Origin: Octopus vulgaris
Taxonomy: Eukaryota
Direction of reading: 5' to 3'
NCBI GenBank assembly: GCA_951406725.2
Contig: OX597816.1
Span: forward strand, 91,698,001-91,762,000
DNA length: 64,000 nt
The translations under genes and the position numbers were made by a program. Below are positions 13,328 to 25,500 of this stretch, one piece after another; the stretch's first letter is position 1; each line of letters begins with the position of its first letter. A model generated the notes under the pieces. The model was given only the letters and a program-made list of their open reading frames with translations. It had not been told where the DNA came from and made no database searches.

Positions 13328-13512
13328 CTTCCAATTATTTTAAATATAACAAAGAATTTAGTAAAACAACTTAGTTATCATTAAGCTAGTGTTTGGAACA
13401 TAAATTATGACTAAGGCTTGGTGGAATATTTTAATTCAAAACCTATGAAAACAAGACATTTTACCACAGAGCCAGAGCCGGTTTTGGCCGTGTTAGTAAC
13501 AAAAGGGTTTAA
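13328..13512. mobile_element. piggyBac-like MITE end fragment
   Basis: Ends ...AACAAAAGGG followed by TTTAA. Confidence 0.4.
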
Positions 13513-14904
13513 CTGCAGCCATTTTGGGGCACTCACTGCCTTGAAGAGTTTTACTTGAACAAATCGACCCCAGCACTTATTTTTTTAAAGCCAAATGCTT
13601 ATTCTCTCAGTCTCTTTTGCTGAACCCAGAACCATGTGGTCGAGAAGCAAGCTTCTTACCACACAGCTGTGTCCACACCTATGTGTGATTATGGAGATAA
13701 CTTTCTCTTTTTACTCCAAATTTGCATCTGATTTTTTAGATACATTACTAGCATTAACCCAGATAATGATAAAAAAATATGCGAGACATCAAATTCCACT
13801 AGTCTCCATTATTTCCAAAAAAAAAAAAAGAAAAAAACCCCCCAAAAAATAATAAATAAAACAGAAAAAGAAGTAGTTGATTCTATTTCATAAACTTTAC
13901 AAATCACTGATCAAATTAATGATTAATTAAGTTGTAGCTCAATGATGGTGGAGGGGGAAACTCAACAATATATTCCATTCCAATATTTTTTTATTTTAAA
14001 GGTTAAACAAGAGAAGAAAAAACACAATAATTTTAGATATAGTCCAACCTAATCCTGTCCTTAAAAACATCTGCTTCACATATGTCCTAATAGATATAAT
14101 TCTACTCTTTGTGGTTGAGATCACTTTAGCAGGTAGGCCCTATTAACATTCTTTTATAACTTGCTAAGTTGCCTAGAAACAACTTCCTGTTTTCTCCTTG
14201 CCTCTCTCACTACTGCTATTGAATATGTTTAATCAGTCACACAGCATATTGGTCTTAGCCTTTCATTATCTTTATAATCAGTGCTCACTGTACTTATGGA
14301 ATGTTGATGGTTATTCCATTTTCCCCAAATAGATTTGATTAATGAAAAATTAACATTTCCTTTTTATTTAAATGAACTTGAAATCACTTTTATTTATAGT
14401 GTTTATACAACTGTCGTTCTTGTTTTATTCATAATTTTTTTTTCGTTGTTGTTGTTCTTTTAATAGGAATGGTCATACATTAGAGTTGTATATTATGAAT
14501 AAATATATGCCTTGCTATTCCTGTTGCTGCTGGAGAAGAGTTAATCATGCTGGTGGCAGAGCTGTTGCTGTTGCTGCTGATAAAGATGACAACTACAGCT
14601 ATATGCAGACCTATATATCATACATACATACATACATACATGCATGCATGCATGCATTTATCATACATATATACATACATACATGCATGCATACATATAA
14701 TGTGCATGTATGTGTGTAGGTATGTCTACACACACATACACATCTATAATAATCAAATGGCTGCGACTTGATTCTGTGCAATGCTATCACTTCATTTTTC
14801 TCTTAAACATGAACAGCACAGATGTGGCAACAATGGGCACATCTTGTGACAGGTGTTCAGAGACACACATACCTTCATTCCATCCTGGACATTTTCATCC
14901 AGTA

Positions 14905-15298
14905 CTAGCAGTATCGCCCAGCATTGCTCCGGGTTTTTTTTTTCGACCCTTTAGAATTAAAATTTTTGAAAAGTAAAAATTTTGCATTATGTAGCTTGTT
15001 ATTCTCATTAAGTGAACATTTTTCTGGTTGAAATACACCAAAAAATGGCGACACAGCAGTAAAAAAATCGTAAAAAATAGGGGTTTTCATAGACAAAATG
15101 CACCTTTTTGATGTAAATAATTTTTGGTGGTAACATGGTCTGCATTTGAATTTTTTCTTCTATGGAAGGAAGAGCAAGCCTTCTATCATACTCTCAACTT
15201 TGGTCAACTTGTGCCGCAGGGTCTCGGAGGAGATAGTGTTAGTTGAAGGCTACCAAAACTACCATATACAGACAACTTCAGCTTTATATATATAGAGA
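14905..15298 (-). mobile_element. Non-autonomous Helitron
   Basis: Minus strand starts A|TC and ends CTAG|T, with subterminal hairpin CCCAGCATTGCTCCGGG ~12 nt from the end; no TSD. Confidence 0.8.
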
Positions 15299-15464
15299 TT
15301 TACCTTTTTTACTGTTATGGCTAGCCATAGCATGCAGCATTTAATAGATATGTCAGAAATCAAGCAATGTCAGTACGTAAAGCCTTTTAAAATGAGGAAA
15401 GGCCTTGCACAAATTCCACTTTCTAAACAATGTATGCATTTGTCCAAAAAGAACTAATCTACAT

Positions 15465-15643
15465 CAGTGCTCCACAACTGTATTCTGCGGCACACTGGTG
15501 TACCACAAAATGATGCTAGGTGTGATGCAGTGTAACCTGAATATAATTTTTTTCCCTATAGTTACATTTTTAGTTCAGGTGTACCACCAAATTTTGAAAA
15601 GTATATAAGTGTACCGCAAGTGAAAAAAGGTTGTGGAACACTG
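15465..15643. mobile_element. hAT (Charlie-like) MITE
   Basis: TIR CAGTGCTCCACAAC / GTTGTGGAACACTG; 8-bp TSD ATCTACAT/GTCTACAT. Confidence 0.85.
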
Positions 15644-15809
15644 GTCTACATCAATGGATTCAACTGAATCACAGGTGTTATATCAGAATTTTCCTTTTCT
15701 TGGAGAGATGTCTAGATCAGTGGTTCTCAACTAGGGTCCATATAAGAATTTATTGTTAAGAATTATGCACAATAAATTGGTTATGCTTCTAAAATACACA
15801 AGATTTTAT

Positions 15810-16221
15810 AGGCGCAGGAGTGGCTGTGTGGTAAGTAGCTTGCTCACCAACCACATGGTTCCAGGTTCAGTCCCACTGCTAGGCACCTTGGGCAAGTGTC
15901 TTCTACTATAGCCTCAGGCCGACCAAAGCCTTGTGAGTGAATTTGGTAGACAGAAACTGAAAAAGCCTGTTGCATATATGTATATATGTGTGTATGTGTG
16001 TGTATATGGTTGTGTGTCTGTGTTTGTCGTCCCAACATCGCTTGACAACCGATGCTGGTGTGTTTACGTCCCCGTAACTTAGTGGTTCAGCAAAAGAGAC
16101 CGGTAGAATAAGTACTAGGCTTACAAAGAATAAGTCCTGGGGTCCATTTGCTCGACTAAAGGTGGTGCTCCAGCATGGCCACAGTCAAATGACTGAAACA
16201 AGTAAAAGAGAGTAAAAGAGT
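15810..16221 (+). mobile_element. SINE family A, full length
   Basis: Head GGCGCAGGAGTGGCTGTGTGG, B-box GGTTCAGTCCC, tail repeats. Confidence 0.9.
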
Positions 16222-16251
16222 AAGGTATTTTAACAACCTTTTTATACAGTT

Positions 16252-16590
16252 CTTTTATTCTTTTACTTGCTTCAGTCATTTGACTGTGGCCATGCTGGAG
16301 TACTACCTTGAAGGATTTTTAGTTGAACAAATGAACCCTAAGACTTATTTTCAGTTGTCAACTGCTTGTAATATTTATTCTTTTATTCTCTTACTTGTTT
16401 CAACCATTTGACTGTAGCCATGCTGGAGCACTACCTTGAAAAACTTGAAAAACTTTTAGTTGAATCCTAGTACTTATTTTCTTTTTAAGCCTGGTACTAA
16501 TTTTATTGGTCTCTTATGCTGAGCCGCTAAGTTATGGGGATGTAAACAAATCAACACTGACACAAAGACACATGAACATAGATATATAAA
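16252..16590 (-). mobile_element. SINE A 3' halves (duplicated tail); matching head probably at 19270-19413
   Basis: Two reverse-oriented tail copies followed by (TA)n. Confidence 0.7.
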
Positions 16591-16601
16591 TAAATAAATA
16601 A

Positions 16602-16654
<53 letters not shown>

Positions 16655-16658
16655 TATA

Positions 16659-17753
16659 CTAGCTGGTGTACCCAGTAATTTCCGGGGGTAAAGATGTTCT
16701 ATTGAAGCACCTTTTATTACTCTGATATCAGAAAGCAATTTTGTTATAACTGCCACAAAAGGTGTATTTTCCATCACAAAAAAGTGCAAAAAACTGTCAG
16801 CTGGAGGAAGGAGAGATTGTTGGAGGTTGGCGAGAAAGATTGTTGGAGGTTTGTGAGAGAGGTTATATAAATATATGAATGAAGTATTTGAAGAAAGTGC
16901 AATAATAATGTTCACACTCACTAATAGCCGCTCTCAGTAACTGCCTTTAGCTTATGGAGTTCTTGTTTTTATAACTATTGAAAAGCAGCCAGAAAGATAG
17001 ACATATTGTTGAGAACAAATGATTTCGTTGTTGCTCTGTTATCTCCATTCCAGCCAGTGGTGGCCTAGAAGAGGTTGGAAGGGTCAAGTGGCAAAGACAT
17101 TATTCTGCTTAGTGGAGGCATCTGGGAAATGTATAACTGCTGTCATTCACAGAAAAACTATTGTTTCACTGTAAGAAAAGTGCTGTTGAAGTGTTAAGTG
17201 ATATTTGGCAATTGAGGATCGAATCCACACTATGCCTGCATGAAGCCACTACAAATACGTTGTGGAATAAAGAATTTATCTACTGTCATGGAAAAAGTGT
17301 AACTGTAAAAATGGAGAATTATCGGAGTAATGGGCATTCAAAAAAAGTATGTATGTATAGAAATGTATGAATGAAGTCTTTAAGGATTAATATTCAAATT
17401 AAGGAAGTGCAATAACAATGTTTAGCAGTGCAAAACTGTGAGTAGTGAAATGCAGAATTAGGTCAGCTGGTGGTGAGAATCAAATATTGATCGCTTTGCT
17501 AAAAACTGCAGGTGGTATGGGTTATTTCCCTTGAGTTGTTTAAATAAAATATTACTAATGTGTAGTAGATAGAAGGATCCATTGGAGGAGCCCTATTGTC
17601 AATTTTTTTCAATAATCTAAGTATGTCACGAGGTTTTCAGACATGAGTTCTACTCACGTGTCAAGTTTAATCAAAATCAATAAAATGATGCAGGAGGAGT
17701 TAGCTAACAATGCCACAAACAAACAAACACTAATTTTCCACATATGTAGTAGA
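16659..17753 (-). mobile_element. Non-autonomous Helitron (~1.1 kb)
   Basis: CTAG plus hairpin CCCAGTAATTTCCGGG at 16659; the far end resembles the 14905 element (GGAGGAG.TAG...TAGAT). Confidence 0.6.
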
Positions 17754-17757
17754 TAAA

Positions 17758-17933
17758 GATCAAAACAGCTTGATTGAAATTCATTGAAATTCTGAGTTTC
17801 AAGCGTGATGCTAATCTTCAGCCATTCTGAATTTGAAACTCAGAGTACCAAGAAATTTGAATCAAACTGCTTTGATCCATACATCTAACTCCCAATAAAT
17901 TTGTGGAGTGCCCTTATTTTGCTTGTCTACTCA

Positions 17934-17987
<54 letters not shown>

Positions 17988-18027
17988 AGTAGACAAACGA
18001 AAGAAGGGCACTCCACAAATTTATTGG
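17758..18027. mobile_element. Penelope-like non-coding fragment with two inverted repeats and a split hammerhead core
   Basis: IR 17758-17802/17833-17877 and IR 17892-17934/17985-18027 around a TA/TG tract. TGG-CTGAAGA...GAAAC on minus; GAAACTCAGAGTA-CCA on plus. Confidence 0.55.
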
Positions 18028-18192
18028 ATCTATATCTATATCTATATCTATCTATCTATATATTTATTTATTTATTTATTCATGTATATATCTATGTGTG
18101 TGTGTCTTTGTGTCTGTGTTTGTCTCTCTCCGGTATATATACTTATATATATATATGTTGATTTATATACTTGTATGTATGTATGTATGTAT

Positions 18193-19252
18193 GGATCAGT
18201 TTGTCTACCTGGGAAGCACTATTAATAGATATGGCAATGTGGATGATGAAATTCCATATAGAATTAGGAAAGCAAGTGTTGCTTTCGGAAGGCTAGAAAA
18301 GCGCCTCTGGAGTCGGCGAGACATATGCAGAAAGACAAAGATAAAGGTGTACAAGGCATGTGTGCTCCCTTCTCTTCTCTATGCCTGCAAGACGTGGGTC
18401 ACATATCGATACCACCTTAAACAACTGGAACGTTTCCATCAGATGTGCCTCAGATGGATCTATGGCATTAAGTGGAAGGACCGCATCAGTGATCTTGAAA
18501 TATTGGAAGGCTCTCGGTGTGAAAGTATAGAAGCTCTTGTGTTAAAGCAAAGGCTCAGATGGAGTGGTCATCTGGTCAGAATGAAGGATTCAAGGATGCC
18601 AAAACAACTCTTTTATGGAGAGTTAGCTAAAGGAGAATGACCTCCACATAAACCAAAAAAGAGGTATAAGAACTTGCTGAAGGATTCGTTAAGAGATGCT
18701 TGCATCTCTCCTGACACATGGGAAGGCATAGCTATTTATCGTAGCAGGTGGAGAAGGATTGTGCATGAGGGGACAGCCACATTTGAGAAATCTCGAGTTG
18801 CACATGAGAAAGTAAGGAGGGATGTCAGGAAGGGCATCGCTGTTACACTTCCAGAAGGGAAGGGTCTTCCTTTGATTCTGACATGCAATGTCTGTGCAAG
18901 ACCCTGCCTCAGTAAAGCTGGACTCATCAGTCATCTTCGTAGTCATAAAATGAGACAGATGAGTGACAACCTGGCCACTGGTGGTGGTGTAACACACCAT
19001 ACTAATCATATCTGTCGGGCATGTGGAAGAGAGTGTAATTCGGCAGGAGGACTTAAACGACATGCAAAGGTACATGAAGCCCAGTTACAACTACAGCCGG
19101 CTATTACCAGTAAAGGTTTTAGTTGCCAATTTTGTACAAGACATTATAGATATTTAGCTGGGCTAAAAAGTCACATTTGATCACAGCACCAGTAACAGTT
19201 AAGCTTCATGCAATGGCCATACTCGATAACGAGGGGGCAGCCATAATAATAA
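18193..19252 (+). mobile_element. RTE-BovB-like LINE 3' portion with three C-terminal C2H2 zinc fingers
   Basis: FVYLGS, LLYACKTW, RLRWSGHLVRM, PKQLFYGEL and three CxxC..HxxxH fingers; only point stops; short 3' UTR and (TAA)n tail. Confidence 0.9.
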
Positions 19253-19269
19253 TGTATGTATGTATGTGT

Positions 19270-19413
19270 GATGGGCTTCTTCCAGTTTCTGTCTACCAAA
19301 TTCACTCACAAGGCTTTAGTCAGCCTGAGGCTATTATAGAAGACACTTTCCCAAGGTGCCATGCAGTGGGATGAACAAGGAATCATGTAGTTGGGAAGCA
19401 TTCTTCTTACCAC
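19270..19413 (-). mobile_element. SINE A head
   Basis: Reverse complement of the family A 5' half. Confidence 0.8.
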
Positions 19414-19468
19414 AATTTTTAAAACAATTCCTAATAATATTTAATTTTAAAAATATAATGCGATTTTT

Positions 19469-20487
19469 GGATTTAGTTGGTTTGACTGCCAGCACTTCAA
19501 AAATTAAAGTTTACCGAAAATTTTAAAATTTGGCACAATAGAAAAATGCTTTTAAAAAGTTATAGAGGTTTAAATTTTGATCATTTTCACCCAGTCAGGA
19601 AACAGGATTTGGAAGCTGTCATTTTGTGTGTGACTGCGCATTTTGTTGTCAACATCCTGAAAATAGCACATATTGTCAAGAAAGAGTAAACAACACATCT
19701 TTTGTAGTTTTAAGCATTGTGATAGCACAAACTTAAAAGATTTATCCAAAAACGTTATTTAGCTGTTATTTTTAGCATGACAAAAAGAAATGAGTAAACA
19801 ACACATATTTTGTAGTTTTAAGCATTCAACATACATTTAATGAGATAGCATGAACTTAAAAGATTTATCCCAAAACATTATTTAGCTGTTACTACAATCC
19901 TAAGAGGAAGGGTACCACCTTCAAACCATGTGTCTTTCCTCACCGACACAGACTCTACGCATTCTCAGTGTGAGCATCACCAGTACATGTACCCACTATG
20001 TCTTTTTGTACATATAACATGCCTCTTTCTTTTACCTAGTTTTCTTTTGAGTATAACACCCTGTTCTTGAAGGTATGACACAGTATCCTCTTCTGTTTTC
20101 TGTGTCTCCATCACAGAAGCAAAGTCAGAGGAGCTTATTGCCATAATCAAACAGTAAAATTTCCAGCAGAACACAGCATCAAATTCGTCAACAAGTGCTT
20201 TCTCACAGATAAAAGAGTTCTCAGTTCCACTTATTACTATGGAAACAGGCATGTACTTTCACACAGACAAAAGAGTTCTCATGTTCCGCTTTTTACTAAG
20301 GAAACAGGCATGAATGAGTCTGTAGCTTACAATTAGCTAAAATTACCAAAATTTTCAAACTTTAATTTATTGATTTATAGCAAAAATGACTTCCACATCA
20401 TTCATTAGCCAATAAAAGTGTATCATTACCCTGAATATGAAATCAATTTGAACAGAATGGATGCTGGCAGCCAAATCGACTAGATCC
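19469..20487 (-). mobile_element. Merlin (IS1595/IS1016-like) DNA transposon, internally deleted
   Basis: ~26-bp TIRs starting GGAT; 8-bp TSD CGATTTTT/TGATTTTT; N-terminal zinc-ribbon relic YLQEQGVI...YW*CSH*EC..SVSVRKDTWFEG. Confidence 0.8.
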
Positions 20488-20496
20488 TGATTTTTT

Positions 20497-21990
20497 ACAT
20501 GCCATCAGGCAGCACTGGCAATGACCCACGCATAAATGGTACTTATTGTGTGCCAGCAGCATGAGAGCTAGTCAGGCAGCACTGGCATTGGCAACAACTA
20601 CAACTTCCATTTGATTGCAATTTGATTTTTGATTGTAACTTTGATTTTCATTTTACTCAACTCAGTAGGTCTCCTCAAGCACGACGTGTTGTCCAACGAT
20701 TCAAAGGTACTTTTTAAATGGGTTGGTTATGTGACACTGGTATAGGCTATGGCTGTGATCTCACTTTACTTGCTGGGTCACAGCATATCTCCAGAGGTCT
20801 CGGTCTTTTGTCATTGCTTCTGTGAGGCCCAACATTCGAAGGTCATGCTTCACCACCTCATCCCATGTCTTCCTGGGTCTCCCTCTTCAACCGGTTCCTG
20901 CCACTTTTAGGGAGTGACACTTCTTCACACAGCTCTCCTCATCCATATGCAGCACATGACCATACCAGTGCAGTCATCTCTCTTTCACACCACATTTGAT
21001 GCTTCTTATGTCTAACATTTCTGTCAGGGCGCTTACACTCTGCCAGATGTGCATACTGACATTACTCATCCAGTGGATTATACTAGCTTCATTTCTTTCA
21101 AGTCTATACATATCTCCAGCAGTCACAGCCCTAGTTTCACTGCCATGTAGCATGGCAGTTCACACATGTGCATCACACAATCTACCTTTCACTCTGAGCA
21201 AGAGGCCTTTTGTCACCAGTAGAGGTAGGAGCTTACTGAACTTTGTCCAGGCTATTCTTATTCTAATGGCAATGTTCTTCGAGCATGTACCCCCACTACA
21301 GACTTGGTCACCTAGGTAGCGGAAGCTATCAACTACTTCTAGCTTCTCCCCATGGCATGTGATGGAATCCATTTTCTGAGCAACTGTGATGTTTATTGCC
21401 CCTGTGCATCTGCCCTACACAACCTTCCTTTGATGTTACTGCACCTCTTATGCATCTATAACTTACACTGGGTACATCTTATGGAGTTTCTACCTACACC
21501 TTTTCTACAGATAAAGCAGGGTCACCTTCATGAAGGGGTTTGTGATGTGTTTGCCTTCCTACTTACCAGGACTTTAGTTTTTGCAACATTGACTCTAAGG
21601 CCCATCAATTCTAATCCTTGCTTCCACACCTGCAATTTCTTCTCTAGTTCTGGTAGTGATTCTGCTATGGGAGCAAGGTCATCAGCATAGAGGAGCTTCC
21701 AAGGGCAACCTGTCTTGAATTCCTCTGTTATTGCATGGAGAACTATGATGAATAAGGAGCCCTGAGGGCTGAACCTTGGCGAACCCCTACGTCTACCTGG
21801 AATTCTTCACTATACTCATTACTGACCCTTACCTTACTAATGGCATCCCTGTACAGCTCTTATTAACCACTCATCAGTTTCCATTTTTTCATCGCCAACC
21901 AAATAAGGGACTAGGGGACCCTGTCAAGGGCTTTCTCCAAGTCAACAAAAGCCAAGTATAGGGGTTTATCTTTGACTAGGTATTTCTCCC
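20497..21990 (-). mobile_element. RTE LINE fragment (related to 703-3585)
   Basis: GVRQGSAL, GCPWKLLYADDL, Cys/His finger, FRYLGD and the 3' UTR. Confidence 0.9.
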
Positions 21991-22184
21991 ACATATATAT
22001 GTATAATGTTTGTTTTTATATTGAATTAGAATAAAAATAATTTTACATTAACCTGATTGGTTACTCTGCTCTTTTGTACAGAACGATTTTATTATTCTTA
22101 CCACACAACCATGTCTACACCTATGTATGTATGTGTGTGTGCGTGTATTTATGCTTGTATATGTGGGAGTGTACATACACACAT

Positions 22185-22270
<86 letters not shown>

Positions 22271-22344
22271 TCATCATCATCATCATCGTTTAATGTCCGT
22301 TTTCCGCGCTAGCACGACATTTTAATTTGAAAATTACACAATTA

Positions 22345-22518
22345 TAAATAAGGGCAAAAAAAAAAAAATTTCTTTGCAAATATGCTGAAAAATAGACACT
22401 AAATCATCTAACACCATAAAATATTTTCACTTGTATTATTACACCAAGTAAAATATTTTGTGGTCAGACAATTTAGTGTCTATTTTTCAGAAATTTTTTC
22501 CTTTCTGCCCTTATTTAT
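22345..22518. repeat. Imperfect fold-back palindrome next to (TA)n
   Basis: ATAAATAAGGGCA..CTGAAAAATAGACACTAAAT..AAAATATTTT.ACTTG is mirrored on the other arm. Confidence 0.7.
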
Positions 22519-22552
22519 ATATATATATATATAGATAGATAGATAAAACGTG

Positions 22553-22584
<32 letters not shown>

Positions 22585-22994
22585 CACGCATGAAAGTGAC
22601 CCTCATGCAACCAGTTGATGTTTTAGACGTTTTGTATTTTTCACTATTTTTTCTGGAACAATCAGAGACTAATATTTTCATAGTCAGTTCTGACTAAATA
22701 AACAGAACTCCTGCTGTTTCCTTTTGTTTTCCCCCTGAAGATCAAAGTACCTCAAGAACCAGCAGATTCTCTTTTCCTTCATATGGAACGTTCATTTCAG
22801 CTAGTCATAAATAAGAAAACATGTTGAAGCAAAATGAGAATTCAGCTCACCGTATCTACTTTTTAACTAGTTTCCCATACCTTGTATGTTTGTTTTCTTT
22901 TTTGTTTGTCAGCAACATTATCCACTCATATATGTGACACCCAAGAAAACTTTAATTCAAGAACATGTAAAAAGGATATTTCTGCAACATCGAC

Positions 22995-23380
22995 GAAGTA
23001 TTGAAGGCTGATCTCAAAACGTTGAACTTTATGAAGGAGATGACAGATGACCAAGATGTGTGGCACATTGCAGTACTTGAGAGGATCCACCCATCACAAC
23101 AGAATTGAGATCCTAAAACCGAGGTGCCAAGTAACAAACATTGGTGTGGGTACTGATGCCATGTAAAAAGCACTGGTGATGATACTGTGAAAAACACCCA
23201 GTACACTCTGTAAAGTGGTTAGCATTAGGAAGGGCATCCAACCATAGAAACCAAGCCAAAACAGAATATGGAACCTGATGTGGCCCCAAGCCTTGCCAGT
23301 TCTTGTCAAGTCATCCAACCCATGCTAACTTGGAAAACAGACATTAAATATTGATAATGATGATGATGATGATGATGATT
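22995..23380 (+). mobile_element. RTE LINE 3' end
   Basis: AGGAAGGGCATCCA..CATAGAAACC motif, ACATTAAA and (GAT)n tail. Confidence 0.8.
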
Positions 23381-23474
23381 GAATTATAAATCTCACTTTA
23401 TAAATCTGAATGTATGCATTAACATTTTCTACAACACATTGATTTAAACTTGTTTTCACAAAAGTTCTAACAGG

Positions 23475-23690
23475 ATGGCAAGCTAGCAAAATCATTTGCA
23501 CACCAAACAAAGCCCTTAGCTGTATTTCCTCTGGCTCCTTACATTGAGTTCAAATTCAGCTGAGGTCAACTTTGCCTTTTTGTCCTTTCGGGGCCAATAA
23601 AATAAATATTTGTTGAGCACTGGGATCAATGTAATCAACTGGCCCCCTCACCACATAATTTAAGGCCTTGGGCTTATAATAGAAAGAATT
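23475..23690 (+). mobile_element. SINE family B
   Basis: Core match to the copy at 4188. Confidence 0.7.
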
Positions 23691-23719
23691 AATGCTGTAA
23701 TTTAAAGTTTGATACTTTT

Positions 23720-24128
23720 ATCTCTTTTACTCTTTTACTTGTTTCATTCATTCGACTGTGGTCATGCTGGAGCACCGCCTTTAGTCGAGCAAATCGACCC
23801 AAGGACTTATTCTTTGTAAGCCTAGTACTTATTCTATCGGTCTTTTTTGCTGAACCGCTAAGTTTTGGGGATGCAAACACACCAGCATCAGTTGTCAAGT
23901 GATGTTGGAGGGACAAACAGACACACAAACATACATACACACACATATATATATATACATATATACGACAGGCTTCTTTCAGTTTCCATCTACCAAATCC
24001 ATTCACAAGGCTTTGGTCAGCACAAAGCTATAGTAGAAGACACTTGCCCAAAGTGCCACGCAGTGGGACGGAACCCAGAACCATGTGGTTGGTAAGCAAG
24101 CTACCTACCACACAGCCACTCCTATGCC
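23720..24128 (-). mobile_element. SINE family A, full length
   Basis: Reverse complement of the 3586 element. Confidence 0.9.
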
Positions 24129-24358
24129 TATATCCGTATATATTGGTGTGTGATTCAAGCTTGTACTTCACTAATTTTTGCAAGAACATGTGCTATTTAA
24201 TAATGATTGAGCCTATAAAACTAGTAGAGCAGAAGTTTGCATAAAAAATAAAAGAGAACTCCTACAATTATTTGTTGTTCTTCTCTCCTTATCTCTATGT
24301 ATCCATATTCTGTATATTGGTGATCCAGAATTGATTCAATCATACATGAGCTGTACAG

Positions 24359-24650
24359 CAGTGCTTCTCAAACTATCTGATGTGGTGTACTGGTAGTTTT
24401 TTTTTTCCCCATTATGCCAGGGACCGGTAATATTTATTAGTAATATTAATTTATACCAGAAACATTATATATAATGAATATAATAAAGTTTGACAATTTT
24501 TTTATCTTATATTTATTTTGTAAACGAATAATACAATATTACATAAGCATTTTATAATGATACTTTCTTTTCTGGAAACTCGTCGCATACCGGCAGTTGA
24601 TGGCTCGCGGACTGGCACCAGTCTGAAGACCACCACTTTGAGTCACACTA
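24359..24650. mobile_element. hAT (Charlie-like) MITE
   Basis: CAGTGCTTCTCAAA start; perfect 8-bp TSD CTGTACAG on both sides. Confidence 0.85.
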
Positions 24651-25436
24651 CTGTACAGCACATATTTATAGTGCATTTTGAGATTGTTGAACAGTAAGTA
24701 TTTACAAACACATGTGACCTGATTGAACAGCTCAGAATGAGTTTACAAGCAAAGCATGCATCTACAAGTTCATCAATATCTTCTACATTACTCTACACTG
24801 GTAACTGACTTATGATGAAACAGACTTATTTTAGATAACAACTGTAAAAATGTCAGCTATCATTCTCCTTGTCTCAAGTAGCATCAATTTATCAATCAAT
24901 AATTAGCTTTAAGCTAGTCCTTTCTTAGCTAATGATCTGGCTCTCTGGTATCCATGGGCTTAAGCTTATTTCTTCATACAATATAATATCTAAAGTTACT
25001 GCTTTCACTCATGCTCTCAGCTTGCTCACGTCAGAACACCCAGTGAGAGATAATACACAATTCTAAAAGAGAACTGATATGGTGCTCTTTCACATCAGAT
25101 CAGAAACAGTTACACCAGTGCCTCATTACAAAACAATCGCAAGCCATCTCAGTTACTACAAAACATTCAAAGCTTCAAGGAGGAAATTACTTAGAAATGC
25201 CATTATGAAATAAATATTTCTGTAATGATTCCCAAGGAATGTACTATTCATTGTTAAGGATATATCATCAACACCTTCAAATTAGGTGTATTGGCAGACA
25301 CGATAATGGCAGTTTTTTCACCTATGCCCTTCAAAGTACGCATACATTCTGCAAAACCAACACCACTATCAATACAGGAGAAAGGGAAATAGAGAGAGAG
25401 AGAGAGAGGAAGAGAGAAGTGAGTGAGTGAGTGAGT

Positions 25437-25499
<63 letters not shown>

Positions 25500-25500
<1 letters not shown>

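Noticed and set aside
18674-19180. Host C2H2 zinc-finger gene
   Set aside because: In frame with the RTE ORF and followed by a LINE tail.
24130-24290. Similarity to 29440-29600 as duplicated exons
   Set aside because: No shared splice sites or sustained frame; most likely an old dispersed repeat.
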